Assembly: GCA_963675745.2 (NCBI GenBank)
Contig: CAXXWX010000015.1
Span: 64,001-128,000, forward strand
Origin: Phycisphaerae bacterium
Lineage (GTDB): Bacteria > Planctomycetota > Phycisphaerae > UBA1845 > Fen-1342
Direction: 5' to 3'
Length of the DNA stretch: 64,000 nucleotides
Part shown: positions 1 through 9,701 of the stretch, in pieces
How positions within the stretch are numbered: position 1 is the stretch's first letter
How the letters are laid out: every line of letters begins with the position of its first letter
Program-made: the position numbers and the translations under genes
The notes under the pieces: generated by a model
The model's database searches: none
Told to the model about the DNA's origin: nothing
Seen by the model: only the letters and a program-made list of their open reading frames with translations

Positions 1-103
1 CCGGAGTGGGATCAGCCATGTCTTGGTGGCACGTTCAGTTTGGCCGGCCAGCCCATGGGGCGGCGCCCTGATGTGTTGGCCACAAAAGTGGAAGGAGAGA
101 CGA

Positions 104-793
104 GTGAAAGAGCATCACAACCCGTTAACATCTTCGGCGATGGCCCTGCTGCTGGCCTACGTGCTCACTGCCGTAGCTGGTTGTCAGCAGTACGCGAAGA
201 TCACATGGCATGCACCAGAAGCCGTCGAAGTCACGAACCGAACGCCGCTGGCCGTTGGCGATCTGGCGGTGCTGAATCGCCGGTCCGAGTTGTGGGACCG
301 CAACCCTGGACCGTCGACAATCGGCAAGCACACTTGGACGGCTTTCGCGCTGCCGGCGGGGAACATCAACGCCAACCCGGAAACACCGATCCAGCAATCC
401 TTTGACCAGGCCGTCCGGGACGCATTACAAGCGGCGGGCTATGAGCTGGTTGACGCTGTCGCAGCGCCGCAGGATTGGCCCGTGCTGCGCGGGGAAGTGA
501 ATCGCTGCTGGTGGTGGAGCTACACCTGGTTGTGGCCCTTTGTGATCGAAGGCGGCCAGAACCGTGTCACCCTGTTTCTTGAGGATCGCGACGGTGAGCT
601 TCTATGGAAACAGTCGTTTGCCCGCTCCGCGCCCGGCTTCCCGGTCGGCGGCGCCTACGCATTTGACCTGATGATCAAGTGGTCCATGACCAGGCTCGTC
701 AAGGACATTGTCCGCGAGTGTTCATCGGATGAATTCAGGGCGGCTCTCGCAAGTCACACGGGAGCGACGCCCACGGTCTCACCGGCCAAGTGA
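104..793 (+). CDS. Hypothetical lipoprotein
   Basis: ORF 23..793; GTG at 104 follows AAGGAG; hydrophobic stretch ending AVAGC (lipobox-like). Start uncertain. Confidence 0.55.
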   Translation: MKEHHNPLTSSAMALLLAYVLTAVAGCQQYAKITWHAPEAVEVTNRTPLAVGDLAVLNRRSELWDRNPGPSTIGKHTWTAFALPAGNINANPETPIQQSFDQAVRDALQAAGYELVDAVAAPQDWPVLRGEVNRCWWWSYTWLWPFVIEGGQNRVTLFLEDRDGELLWKQSFARSAPGFPVGGAYAFDLMIKWSMTRLVKDIVRECSSDEFRAALASHTGATPTVSPAK

Positions 794-976
794 GGCTCGT
801 GCGATCGGCCCGGGGAATGTGGCTTAGCCAATACAAGGGGGCTGGTGTGTGCGTCGAGCGTTCCTGGCGTAGCCAACTGCAGAGTAATGCGCAGTATGGA
901 ACAACTTGATGCCGCGATAGGCTGTGCGCGGCCACCCTGCCTCAGGGCCGCGCCACAGACCATACATTGCGGGCTG

Positions 977-1973
977 CTACGGCCCGACGTACATCGACGA
1001 GCTGCTGGTTTACGACCGCAACATCAGCGTCGCCGCCGACCCGAACGACGCCGACGCGTGTCTCGACGCGGCGTCGGAGCGGTATTTCTATCACCAGGAC
1101 GCGAACTTCCGCGTGGTGGCGCTCACAGACGAAGCCGGGGCGGTCGCCGAGCGGTATCGCTACAGCGCCTACGGCGAGCCACAGATCTTCGCCGGCGGCC
1201 CGGCGGCGGAGTCGGGCAACGCCCTGCTGGTCAGCCGCGTCGGTAACCCGTTTATGCACCAGGGCTTACACTTCGACGCCGACACCCGCACCTACCACAA
1301 CCGCTACCGCCAATACCACCCCCGCCTCGGCCGCTTCATGCAGCGCGATCCGCTGGGGTATGTGGATGGACCCAATGCCTATTCATATCTTGGTTCGAAT
1401 TCCATTGGATGGGTGGACCCTCTCGGTCTATACTACTATAGGCTCAAACAGGCGATCGCCGGCGTTTGGGCAGTTGGATGGGAGGCATCAGATGATGCTG
1501 GCCGAGGTGAGACGTACCAACACGCGAGGGAGTACGCGAGTGGGTATGCAGACCAAGGGACAGCCGCCGACAAAAAAGGGGCGCGGAACGCGGCAAGGCA
1601 CACGATGTGGCAGGCGCGGCTGACATATAAGTACGGCAGAGATGTCGCCAAGAAGATCGGAGATATACATGAGCCTGATGACTCAGATGATAGAGATACT
1701 CAGGCTGACTTATACAACAATGAGGTTGGTCGAGACATCGGGGAGCAGGCGAAGGAAGAGGGTAAGTCAATTGACGAGATTGATGGCATGGTGGATGAGG
1801 CAATGGAAGATGGTCGTGTTATTCGAGACCGAGAGAACGATCCGCGGATAACCCCGCCGGCACCGAAGCCCCCACCTCGTCCCCCGGCTGGTGGACGCAA
1901 GCCTCCGCCTGCCATTCCACCCGGCGGCGGGAACACCGATGGGCGGACCTGCCCAGGCGGACCGCGGCAGTGA
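977..1973 (+). pseudogene. Orphan Rhs core fragment with C-terminal putative toxin domain (DUF6973-like)
   Basis: Rhs core motifs ERYRYSAYGE, NPFMHQG, YHNRYRQYHPRLGRFMQRDPLG and WVDPLG; tip has NAARHxxW...HE...DLYNNEVGR; no credible start, Rhs similarity begins abruptly near 977. Confidence 0.8.
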
Positions 1974-2267
1974 TGTACACCAAGTGCATGGCTGCTGTAC
2001 AGCGACCGAGGGGCCGGATAGTGTTGGACGTGGCTGGAAACTGCTTCGCGACGCTCGCGGCGAGAGTCTGCTTTCATGTACTATTCAATGCTCGTTGCCC
2101 CCGGCACTGCGGGAATGACACGAAGCAAAAGCACGCGGGAGTCCATCGCGCGATATGCTCCTACCGTCTCCGGTTTCTTTCTTTCGGATCGCTCGTCTCA
2201 TCGGCTGCGGCGAACACACGGCGGAAGTGACTTACCAGGAGTGAGCATAAAACGAGAGGTGCGTGAC

Positions 2268-2684
2268 ATGGAGCTTCGTGGCACAACCTGCACTGGAGTG
2301 TTTGGCATGTTCATTTGTCCAAGTACACGTAATTGCATTGCTCGCTATGCTACGGCACTAGGGTGCCTCATTGCCGTAGCCACACTTTCTGGCTGCGAGT
2401 CATGGTCAGAGCACAGTATCAACGAGAGCAAGCGGCGCGCGGAGCCAATCGTCGCGGCGATTGAAGCCTACATTGCGGACCATGGAGGGCCGCCGACTAC
2501 CCTCGATGAACTTGTGCCGAAGTACATCACTTCCATCAAGCCGCCAACTGCCGGATCAAAGGAATGGGAGTATTTGCCTGATGAGAGGTCATTTGCACTA
2601 TCCTTCGGCTGCGGGCAAGACTGCTATCCATGCTGCACACTGTCGTGGGCTCCCGATGGATCCAATTGGATGATGGATCACTGA
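2268..2684 (+). CDS. Putative immunity lipoprotein
   Basis: ATG at 2268 after GAGAGG; LSGC lipobox-like motif; lower GC; lies downstream of the Rhs tip. Function inferred from position. Confidence 0.5.
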   Translation: MELRGTTCTGVFGMFICPSTRNCIARYATALGCLIAVATLSGCESWSEHSINESKRRAEPIVAAIEAYIADHGGPPTTLDELVPKYITSIKPPTAGSKEWEYLPDERSFALSFGCGQDCYPCCTLSWAPDGSNWMMDH

Positions 2685-2699
2685 GACAGGGAAGCGGGT

Positions 2700-3076
2700 G
2701 CATGTGCCGTCGATGGCGCTTCACCGCCGACATCGGCAACGTGCGCGTCACCGGCGGTAAGCTCGAATTCTACAACTCCGACGGCATCAATCGCCAGTGC
2801 GTCCTGCGACACGTCCGCGTCGGCCCGGAATACAGCGGTGGAAGCTCACGCGACGTCATCGTGCAAGCCGACGTCCAGATCCTCCAAGGCCTGTACGACG
2901 CCGGGATCATCGTCAACTATCAGGATCCCGAGAACTACGGCATGGTGGTCATCCGCCGCCACATCGGCAGAAAATCCGTCGAATACCGCGAGGTCATCAA
3001 CGGCAGCGAGCCGGTCGCCCGCGCCACCAGCTCCAGCTTCTCCTACACCAGCGGCAACTTCTACACCGATAAGTAG
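2700..3076 (+). pseudogene. Fragment of a large exported protein (possibly Rhs N-terminal part), cut at the transposase element end
   Basis: High GC3 coding-like frame (FTADIGNVRVTGGKLEFY...SGNFYTDK) with no start; its stop lies inside the inverted repeat at 3074. Confidence 0.4.
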
Positions 3077-3092
3077 GGACAGCCACCGTTTT

Positions 3093-3121
3093 TTGACAGC
3101 AACATCGTCATGTGCTAGCCT
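3093..3121 (+). promoter_or_regulatory. Sigma70-type promoter for the transposase (probably leaderless)
   Basis: TTGACA (3093-3098), 17 bp spacer, TGcTAGCCT extended -10 (3113-3121); ATG at 3129 with no Shine-Dalgarno. Confidence 0.6.
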
Positions 3122-3128
3122 TCCCGCC

Positions 3129-3812
3129 ATGCCCCGTGTCGCCCGTACGGTCATCCCGCATTGCCCGCATCACATCACGCAGCGCGGCAACAACCGGCAG
3201 ACGGTCTTCTTCGTCGATGACGACCGCCGGATGTATCTCGACCTGCTCCGCCAGCGGTGCGAAGCCGCCGGCGTGATAGTCATCGGCTATTGCCTGATGA
3301 CCAACCACACGCATCTGATCGCGGTTCCGCACGACGAAGATGCCCTGGCCCACGCGATCGGCCGCACACATTACCTGTACACCCAGTACGTCAATCGGCT
3401 GCACGGTCGCAGCGGCCACCTCTGGCAGAACCGTTTCTTCTCATGCCCGCTCGATGAGCCGCACCTCTGGGCGGCGTTGCGCTACATCGAACGCAACCCG
3501 GTCCGCGCGCGACTCGTACGGCGGGCGTGGCGCTATGGTTGGTCGAGTGCCGCCGCACACGTGGGAGCCGGGCCGGACAGGAGCGATCTGCTCGACCTGG
3601 CCGCTTGGCGCAAGGACTGGTCGCCGGCGAAGTGGCGTGAGCAACTCTGCGAGCCGGAAGACGAGGCGTTGACCGGCCGACTGCGTCGTTGCACGCGCAC
3701 CGGCCGCCCGCTGGCGTCTGACAGCTTCCTGAGTAAACTGGAGCGTCGGCTGGGTTGTCGCCTGCGTCCGCAGCCGATCGGCCGGCCGCGGAAGACAAAG
3801 GCGGCGAGATGA
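3129..3812 (+). CDS. REP-associated tyrosine transposase (RAYT, HUH/Y1 family)
   Basis: MPRVAR..HHITQRGNNRQTVF, YCLMTNHTHLI (HUH), GHLWQNRFFS, RYIERNPVRA (catalytic Tyr), YGWSSA, GRPRK tail. Confidence 0.92.
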   Translation: MPRVARTVIPHCPHHITQRGNNRQTVFFVDDDRRMYLDLLRQRCEAAGVIVIGYCLMTNHTHLIAVPHDEDALAHAIGRTHYLYTQYVNRLHGRSGHLWQNRFFSCPLDEPHLWAALRYIERNPVRARLVRRAWRYGWSSAAAHVGAGPDRSDLLDLAAWRKDWSPAKWREQLCEPEDEALTGRLRRCTRTGRPLASDSFLSKLERRLGCRLRPQPIGRPRKTKAAR

Positions 3813-4153
3813 GGGCAAAAACGGGTGGCTGTCCCTATTTGTACGCAGCCGATCGGCCGGCCGCGGAAGACAAAGGCGGCGAGATGAGGGCAAAAACGGG
3901 TGGCTGTCCCTATTTGTACTATTTGTAAAGGCGGCGAGGTGAGGGCAAAAACCGGTGGCTGTCCCTATTTGTACCCTATTTGTACCCTATTTGTACCCAA
4001 AACCGGTGGCTGTCCCTATTTGTACCGCCTATTTGTACCCCTATTTGTACCCCCGATCGGACGCCACGCTCCTCGCCCGGCGTGACGTGGCTGATCGGTA
4101 GGTGCGAGACTGACAGGGTGACGTTCTTTTGGGGCGCAAAGGGGCATGTTGCG

Positions 4154-4672
4154 ATGGCCATATTCACCGACCAAGACATCGAAAAGGATCCGCCGCTGGA
4201 CTGGTTTCTCCTTCGGGATAGCCCCGTGACTCTCTACTACCGGCCGGCGATTCTCGAGGAAGACGTCGCGTGGCTTCGTGCTCGGCGCTACAAGGTGTTC
4301 TCCTTTGATTGCGCTCGATGGATGTCCGAGGACGCCTTTCACGACGATATCCAGGAGGCTCTGGGGTTCTCAGATTTTTACGGGCGTAATCTGAACGCCT
4401 TCAATGACCGCATGAGGTACCTGGAGATCCCGGATATCGGCGGTTTCGTCTTGGTATTCCGCCGCTTTGACTGCTTCGCAGAGCAAGATCACGATACGGC
4501 ACATTTCGTGCTCGACGTCATCGCCAGCAACTCGCGGACCTATGCGCTGCTGGGTCGGCGGCTGATCGCCTTGGTCCAGTCCGACGACCCGCGCATCGAG
4601 TTCGAGCCGGTCGCGGCTTGCCTTGTTGGGTGGAACTCGCGGGAGTGGCTGAACGCGAATCGAGGCCTGTAA
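4154..4672 (+). CDS. Barstar-family immunity protein
   Basis: FDCARW...FHDDIQEALGFSDFYGRNLNAFND matches the barstar L.FP.YYG.NLDAL.D pattern. Confidence 0.8.
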   Translation: MAIFTDQDIEKDPPLDWFLLRDSPVTLYYRPAILEEDVAWLRARRYKVFSFDCARWMSEDAFHDDIQEALGFSDFYGRNLNAFNDRMRYLEIPDIGGFVLVFRRFDCFAEQDHDTAHFVLDVIASNSRTYALLGRRLIALVQSDDPRIEFEPVAACLVGWNSREWLNANRGL

Positions 4673-4923
4673 GTCCGCCACGCCGGCGTCGGCAGCGTAC
4701 ACGGCTCCAATCCGGACCCGAACGATCCGAATACCGTCGGCATTCTGACCGGCGATCGGCATGAGCATTACTACTACGCCGGCTGGCGGCTGGTCGAGGT
4801 GCGTGACAACGCCGCCACGCCGCGGACGCTGGGGCAGTTCGTCTACGGGCCGACGTACATCGACGAACTTCTGGTTTACGACCGCAACATCAGCGTCGCC
4901 GCCGACCCGAACGACGCCGACGC
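4673..4923 (+). pseudogene. Rhs core fragment
   Basis: Translates as HEHYYYAGWRLVEVRDN...QFVYGPTYIDELL; 4843-4923 is near-identical to 977-1057. Confidence 0.75.
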
Positions 4924-4968
4924 CAGAACCAACACCAATCGGAATCCAACCGGCGAATGGTGCGGGAC

Positions 4969-5079
4969 GGAACGTCGGACTCGGGGGGGCGGACACTACT
5001 GAAGAAGGAGCGTCCGACTCGGGGTTCGGACGCCATTGAAGACGGAACGTCCGACTCGGGGGTCAGACGCCACTGAAGA
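4969..5079. repeat. Three tandem REP-like palindromes (family B)
   Basis: Three 37-38 bp units, consensus GGAACGTCCGACTCGGGGGTCGGACGCCACTGAAGA. Confidence 0.8.
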
Positions 5080-5089
5080 AACGCGCGGC

Positions 5090-7045
5090 TCACCACGGTT
5101 GGCGCGACACCTGCACGTTGCACGGCGGCAGGGCTTCGAGGATCTGGCGGCCGTAGTGTTTGCGCACCACGCGCGGATCGAGGATCACGACAATCCCGCG
5201 GTCGGTCTTGCTGCGGATCAGCCGGCCGAAGCCCTGGCGGAACTTGAGGATCGCCTCGGGAAGTTGGTAGTTCATGAAGGGGTTCTCGCCGCGCTGACGC
5301 ATCAGCTCGATGCGCGCCTCGACGGTCGGCCGATCGGGGACGGCGAACGGCAGCTTGACGATGGTTACGTTGCTGAGCGCTTCGCCGATCACATCCACGC
5401 CCTGCCAGAAGCTGTCGGTGCCGAAGATTGCGCACTTGGGCGTCTGGCGAAACTCGTCGAGCATCTTCGAGCGCGGCAGCGCCTCGCCCTGCGCGAGAAT
5501 CGTGTAACCATCGGCTCCCAGATCGTCGCGCACCACAGCGGCCGCCTCGTTGAGCATCTGGTAGCTGGTGAAGAGCACAAAAGCGCGGCCCTCGGTCTGG
5601 CGCAGATAGGCGCTGATCGCCGCCGTCGCCGCCCGCAGGAATTCGTCCTTGTTTGACGGCTCGGGCAACCCGCCCTCGACGTGTACCGTCACCTGCCGCT
5701 CAAAATCGAACGGCGAGCCGAGTTGGAGCGTCTCGGCCGGCGGCGAACCGAGCCGGCCGAGCATATACGCGAACGGCTCGGACCCCGCCACCGCCAACGT
5801 CGCGCTCGTCAGCACCACGCTCGCCGCCCGCTCAAACAGCAACTCGCGCAACGATTCACCGGCCGTAAGCGGCGCGGCGTTCAGCGAGATCCAACGCGCG
5901 CGACTGCGCGACGACTCAATCCAATACACGTGCTCCTCGTACGCCTGCGTCAGCAGACTTTCCGTGGCCGCGGCGATCGTCATGGCCCGTTCGAGCGCGG
6001 CGCCGAGTTCGCGCTGATCCTCTTCGCGCGGCAGCTCCTTCTTAAAGCCGGCCAGTTCGGCGCACATCTCCTTGAGCGCCGGCGACAAGACGTTCGGTAC
6101 CGGCTCCTTCACCACCAGCCGCCCGTTGCTGCGCCCGCGCCGCGCCTGCCAGGCATGCAGGCTGTTGAAAAACTCGGTACACGCCCCGGCCGCGCGCACC
6201 ACCGCCTGCCGTTGCACATCGGCGCCGATCCCCGCCAGAAACCCCTTGCCGGTGCGATCGTTGAACAACCCGCTTAGCAGATATTGAACCTGGCTGGCGG
6301 CCACGGAGGTGCCAAAGTGATCAGTCGCCACCTGGTCCAACGTATGGGCTTCGTCAACGACGACCAGGTCATAATCAGGGAGCACGCTGGCCCCATCCCG
6401 CCTCAACACCAGGTCCGACACCAGCAGAGCGTGATTGACCACCAGGATGCCCGCGGTCTCGGCGCGGCGCCGGGCGCGCTGGTAAAAGCACTGTTCGTAC
6501 GTCGGGCAACGCCGGCCCAGGCAGTTGCCGCGTTCGCTGCGCACCTTCTCCCAGACATCCATCGGCGGCGCTTCGGTCAAGTCGCTCAGGGAACCGTCCT
6601 TGGTCTCGTAGGCCCAGTCTTCGAGCATGTGCAGCGTGGAGCGCGCATCGCGCGTGTTGAATAGGGTCTTTTGACGCTGGCTCGCCTGCTGGAGACGCCG
6701 CAGACCGAGGTAGTTGCCGCGGCCTTTGACCAGCTCGGCCTTAAAGTCGAGCCCGAGCGCCGCCTGCAACGTGGGAATGTCTTTCTGAATCAACTGCTCT
6801 TGCAGCGCGATGGTGTGCGTGCTGACAACCACACGCCGTTTCTCGTGAATGACCTGCTCAATCGCCGGCAGCAGATAGCCAAACGTCTTGCCGACCCCCG
6901 TGCCGGCCTCGACGGCCAGATTGTGCGAGTCACGAAACGCCGTCGCCACGGCCACCGCCATCTCATGCTGCTGAGGCCGTGATTCGTATCCGGTGAGGTG
7001 CCCGGCGAGTGGTCCATCCTCGGCCAACCAGTCGGCGACAAGCAC
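5090..7045 (-). CDS. dinG: DinG/YoaA-family ATP-dependent DNA helicase
   Basis: EAGTGVGKT, VKGRGNY, Fe-S cysteines CLGRRCPTYEQC, DEAH, FWQGVD, QGFGRLIR. Confidence 0.93.
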   Translation of the reverse strand: MLVADWLAEDGPLAGHLTGYESRPQQHEMAVAVATAFRDSHNLAVEAGTGVGKTFGYLLPAIEQVIHEKRRVVVSTHTIALQEQLIQKDIPTLQAALGLDFKAELVKGRGNYLGLRRLQQASQRQKTLFNTRDARSTLHMLEDWAYETKDGSLSDLTEAPPMDVWEKVRSERGNCLGRRCPTYEQCFYQRARRRAETAGILVVNHALLVSDLVLRRDGASVLPDYDLVVVDEAHTLDQVATDHFGTSVAASQVQYLLSGLFNDRTGKGFLAGIGADVQRQAVVRAAGACTEFFNSLHAWQARRGRSNGRLVVKEPVPNVLSPALKEMCAELAGFKKELPREEDQRELGAALERAMTIAAATESLLTQAYEEHVYWIESSRSRARWISLNAAPLTAGESLRELLFERAASVVLTSATLAVAGSEPFAYMLGRLGSPPAETLQLGSPFDFERQVTVHVEGGLPEPSNKDEFLRAATAAISAYLRQTEGRAFVLFTSYQMLNEAAAVVRDDLGADGYTILAQGEALPRSKMLDEFRQTPKCAIFGTDSFWQGVDVIGEALSNVTIVKLPFAVPDRPTVEARIELMRQRGENPFMNYQLPEAILKFRQGFGRLIRSKTDRGIVVILDPRVVRKHYGRQILEALPPCNVQVSRQPW

Positions 7046-7377
7046 GTGCGTGATCTCCTCGTTTACCTCTCAAGTAACCCCGCACTATGCAACGCACGGG
7101 CAAGACGCCGGCGCCACGCTGCACACAGTGCCGACAGCACGGCTGCTATATTAGTGCCAATCACAGTCAAATGCAGCGGCGGGCCACGCCGCCGGCGTCG
7201 CGTTCCACCCCACGCAGAGTGACGGTGCGCGACCCCGGACGATTCTCCGGACAGTCCCTCTCGCGACGCCGTATCCGGCGGGCGCCAAAACTGGTATCAT
7301 TCGTCGGGGTGAAGGTGGCCGGCACGGCCGCCGCAGGCCGACCCAGGAATGCTTGTCCCACGCGAGGAGTTCTGCTG

Positions 7378-7767
7378 ATGCGATTTACCCGTTGGCGTAC
7401 ATGGTGCCTGGTTGGGGCGCTTGCAGTGAGTGTTCTGACCGGATGCGACAAGAACGAGCCGGCGAAGAACGAAACAGAGATCAACGCAGCCACGCTGGCC
7501 GAACAGGGCGAATCGGTGGTGGGTGAAATCGATGAAAGCGCCCGCGCCGCCGTCGAGGCCAAACTGGCCGAAGCCGACGCGCTCGATGGCACCATCGACA
7601 GAATCGTCCATCGCTGCGCGAGTTGCGCGCTGGGCATGGACGGCAAGAGCGAACACGCGTTGGAAGTGGCGGGCTACACACTGCATTTCTGTTCCGGCCA
7701 CTGCAAAGAGAGCTTCGCAAAGGACCTGACGAAATCGATCCTCGACCTGGAGATCCCGGAGGAGTGA
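7378..7767 (+). CDS. Lipoprotein with YHS-like metal-binding domain
   Basis: RBS GAGGAG; LTGC lipobox; CASCALGM...YTLHFCSGHCKESF. Confidence 0.65.
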   Translation: MRFTRWRTWCLVGALAVSVLTGCDKNEPAKNETEINAATLAEQGESVVGEIDESARAAVEAKLAEADALDGTIDRIVHRCASCALGMDGKSEHALEVAGYTLHFCSGHCKESFAKDLTKSILDLEIPEE

Positions 7768-7884
7768 CGTACCGGCGTCGGGTAGGCGTGTTGTGTCAGG
7801 CCGACTACGCATGATGCGCGCTCCCCCACCCGCACGTAGACAGGGTGCATTGGATCGAATTTGCCATCAACCGGAGAGCTTACG

Positions 7885-8193
7885 ATGGGCAAAAAGCTGT
7901 ATTGCGGAAACCTGAGCTATGACATGACCAGCTCGGATCTGGAGCGGCTGCTGTCCGAGCACGGAGCCGTTACAAGCGCCGAGGTTATCACAGACCGCAT
8001 GACCGGCCGCAGCAAGGGGTTTGGATTCGTCGAGATGGGCTCGGACGAGGAAGCCCAGGCCGCAATCGACGCACTGAACGGGCAGGAGCATGGCGGCCGC
8101 GCCCTCACGATCAACGAGGCCAAACCACGCGAGCCGCGCCGGGGCGGCCGTGGCGGCCACGGTGGCGGAGGTGGATACGGTAGAGGTCGCTAG
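7885..8193 (+). CDS. RRM RNA-binding protein
   Basis: KLYCGNLSY (RNP2), RSKGFGFVEM (RNP1), Gly/Arg-rich tail. Confidence 0.95.
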   Translation: MGKKLYCGNLSYDMTSSDLERLLSEHGAVTSAEVITDRMTGRSKGFGFVEMGSDEEAQAAIDALNGQEHGGRALTINEAKPREPRRGGRGGHGGGGGYGRGR

Positions 8194-8518
8194 TGCCGAC
8201 TAGAATCAAGTGCGGCGTCGGACGATGTGTGGCGGAACACCGGCTGGCCGGCGCGGAATGACGGCAGTAAGCTGTGTTGCGCGGCCGTCGAGGCGCAGTG
8301 GCGTTTTCTGCATCGCACGCCTGATCGAGGCGTCGGCCGCTATCGCGCCCGCAAGGGCAATGAATTCTTCGCGAGAATGCTGGACGAATCTCCAGCCGAA
8401 ACAACAGGTGGGCAAGGCGCTTGTGGCAGCCTTCTCTCCTGCGAGCGGTTTAATAACACAGTCAGTCAGAACGGCGTGCGCGCCGCGCGTGTCATCTGGC
8501 CAATAGCGAGAGGCCCTT

Positions 8519-8740
8519 ATGGCAACAAAGTGGCAAGGTGAACCAAAGCAATGGCGTGTGCGCGGAAAGTCCGCCGACGGATTAGCCGTAACCCTCGGCC
8601 GTCACGACACCCAGAAGGCCGCCGAGGCCGAGGCCGAGAAGATGCGCAAGGAGGGCTTCTACCGCAACGTGACCGTCGAACGCATCGAGCAGGTCGACAA
8701 TCCACAAGTTCCGGACGGAAAGGCCCCGGCCGGCGGCTGA
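8519..8740 (+). CDS. Small hypothetical protein (SPOR-like pattern)
   Basis: RBS GAGAGG, host-like codon usage, VTLGRHDTQKAAEAEAEKMRKEGF. Confidence 0.55.
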   Translation: MATKWQGEPKQWRVRGKSADGLAVTLGRHDTQKAAEAEAEKMRKEGFYRNVTVERIEQVDNPQVPDGKAPAGG

Positions 8741-8861
8741 TGCTCGGGCACGCCCACCCAATCATTAACCGCGAGCCCTGATCCCATGTTGAAAACGCAT
8801 TCGATTGGGCCGTGGCCTCCGCCACACTTCTCCACCCTATCTTTTGTCGAAGCCGCTTCTG

Positions 8862-9701
8862 TTACCGCGTGATGTAAACGTCCCAGCGCGCGAGCTTGCC
8901 GCGGTAGCTCATGGTTGGCGCCGGGGCCAGCGGCTGGGCGCGCGGCGTGCGCTTGACCACCACCCGATCGCGAGCCACGCGCCGGGCCACCTCCAGCAGA
9001 CCGGCGGCATCAGCGTCGTCACCGACCAGCCGCCGGAGTATACGCATCTCCTTCTTGGGCAGAGCCGACTTGCCACTCGGCGGGTACATCGGGTCGAGGT
9101 ACACCACGTCCGGCAACTCACTTTCCGGCATGCGTGCCAACACGTCTGCCGCATCGCCGACGACTAACGTCAGCCGCCCCGGCCCGGTCTCACCCTCCGC
9201 GGGCGCCGTGGCCATTCGTTCCAGGGCGTCGCGCAACATCGCCGCAAGGATCAGAGAGCGTTCTACGACGATCACCGTGCAACCCAGGCGCGCCAGCAGC
9301 ATGGCGTCGCGTCCCAGGCCGCCGGTGGCATCCACAATCGCCGGCTTGTGCTTCTTCAAGCCGACGGCCCGGGCAAGCGGTTGCCGGCGTGAAGCCGTCG
9401 CCAGCCGCCGAGCGTTCGTACCGGCGACGCCGAAATCCACCCTCACACCGCCGGCGGCGCCGCGCCCGGTCTCGTGCAGTTCCAGCCCCCCACCGGTGAC
9501 CACCAGCAACAGGTCAAAATCGCGGGTATCGCGGGCAACCACGGGCAGCTTCAGCTCGGCGGCCAGCGCCCGCGCGCGTGACAGCAACCGCTCAACCGTC
9601 GCGAGTTCGTCGGACACTGCGGCACACACGCCAACTCGCGGCGGCGCCCAGGCTGCTTGAGCTAAGGGCGGCCGTCCCTGACTAGTTTGGTTCTTCGGCA
9701 C
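8862..9701 (-). CDS. rsmJ: 16S rRNA m2G1516 methyltransferase RsmJ family
   Basis: VDATGGLGRDA, DVVYLDPMYP, KKEM, RVVVKR, RWDVY. Start uncertain. Confidence 0.88.
   Translation of the reverse strand: MPKNQTSQGRPPLAQAAWAPPRVGVCAAVSDELATVERLLSRARALAAELKLPVVARDTRDFDLLLVVTGGGLELHETGRGAAGGVRVDFGVAGTNARRLATASRRQPLARAVGLKKHKPAIVDATGGLGRDAMLLARLGCTVIVVERSLILAAMLRDALERMATAPAEGETGPGRLTLVVGDAADVLARMPESELPDVVYLDPMYPPSGKSALPKKEMRILRRLVGDDADAAGLLEVARRVARDRVVVKRTPRAQPLAPAPTMSYRGKLARWDVYITR

Larger units (their letters stand above)
3074..4052 (+). mobile_element. RAYT-type Y1 transposase element with inverted ends and iterated right end
   Basis: Left TAGGGACAGCCACCGTTTTTTG (3074-3095) is the near-perfect inverse of CAAAAACGGGTGGCTGTCCCTA (3816-3837), which recurs at about 3891, 3946 and 3998. 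Confidence 0.7.

Noticed and set aside
1970..2230. Small ORF overlapping the toxin stop as the immunity gene
   Set aside because: No recognisable features or clear RBS; 2268-2684 is the better candidate, though this one cannot be fully excluded.
4969..5079. Mini-CRISPR of ~37-bp palindromic repeats next to dinG (type IV-like)
   Set aside because: Units abut with no spacers and match a dispersed REP; the helicase looks like housekeeping DinG/YoaA and no csf genes are present.
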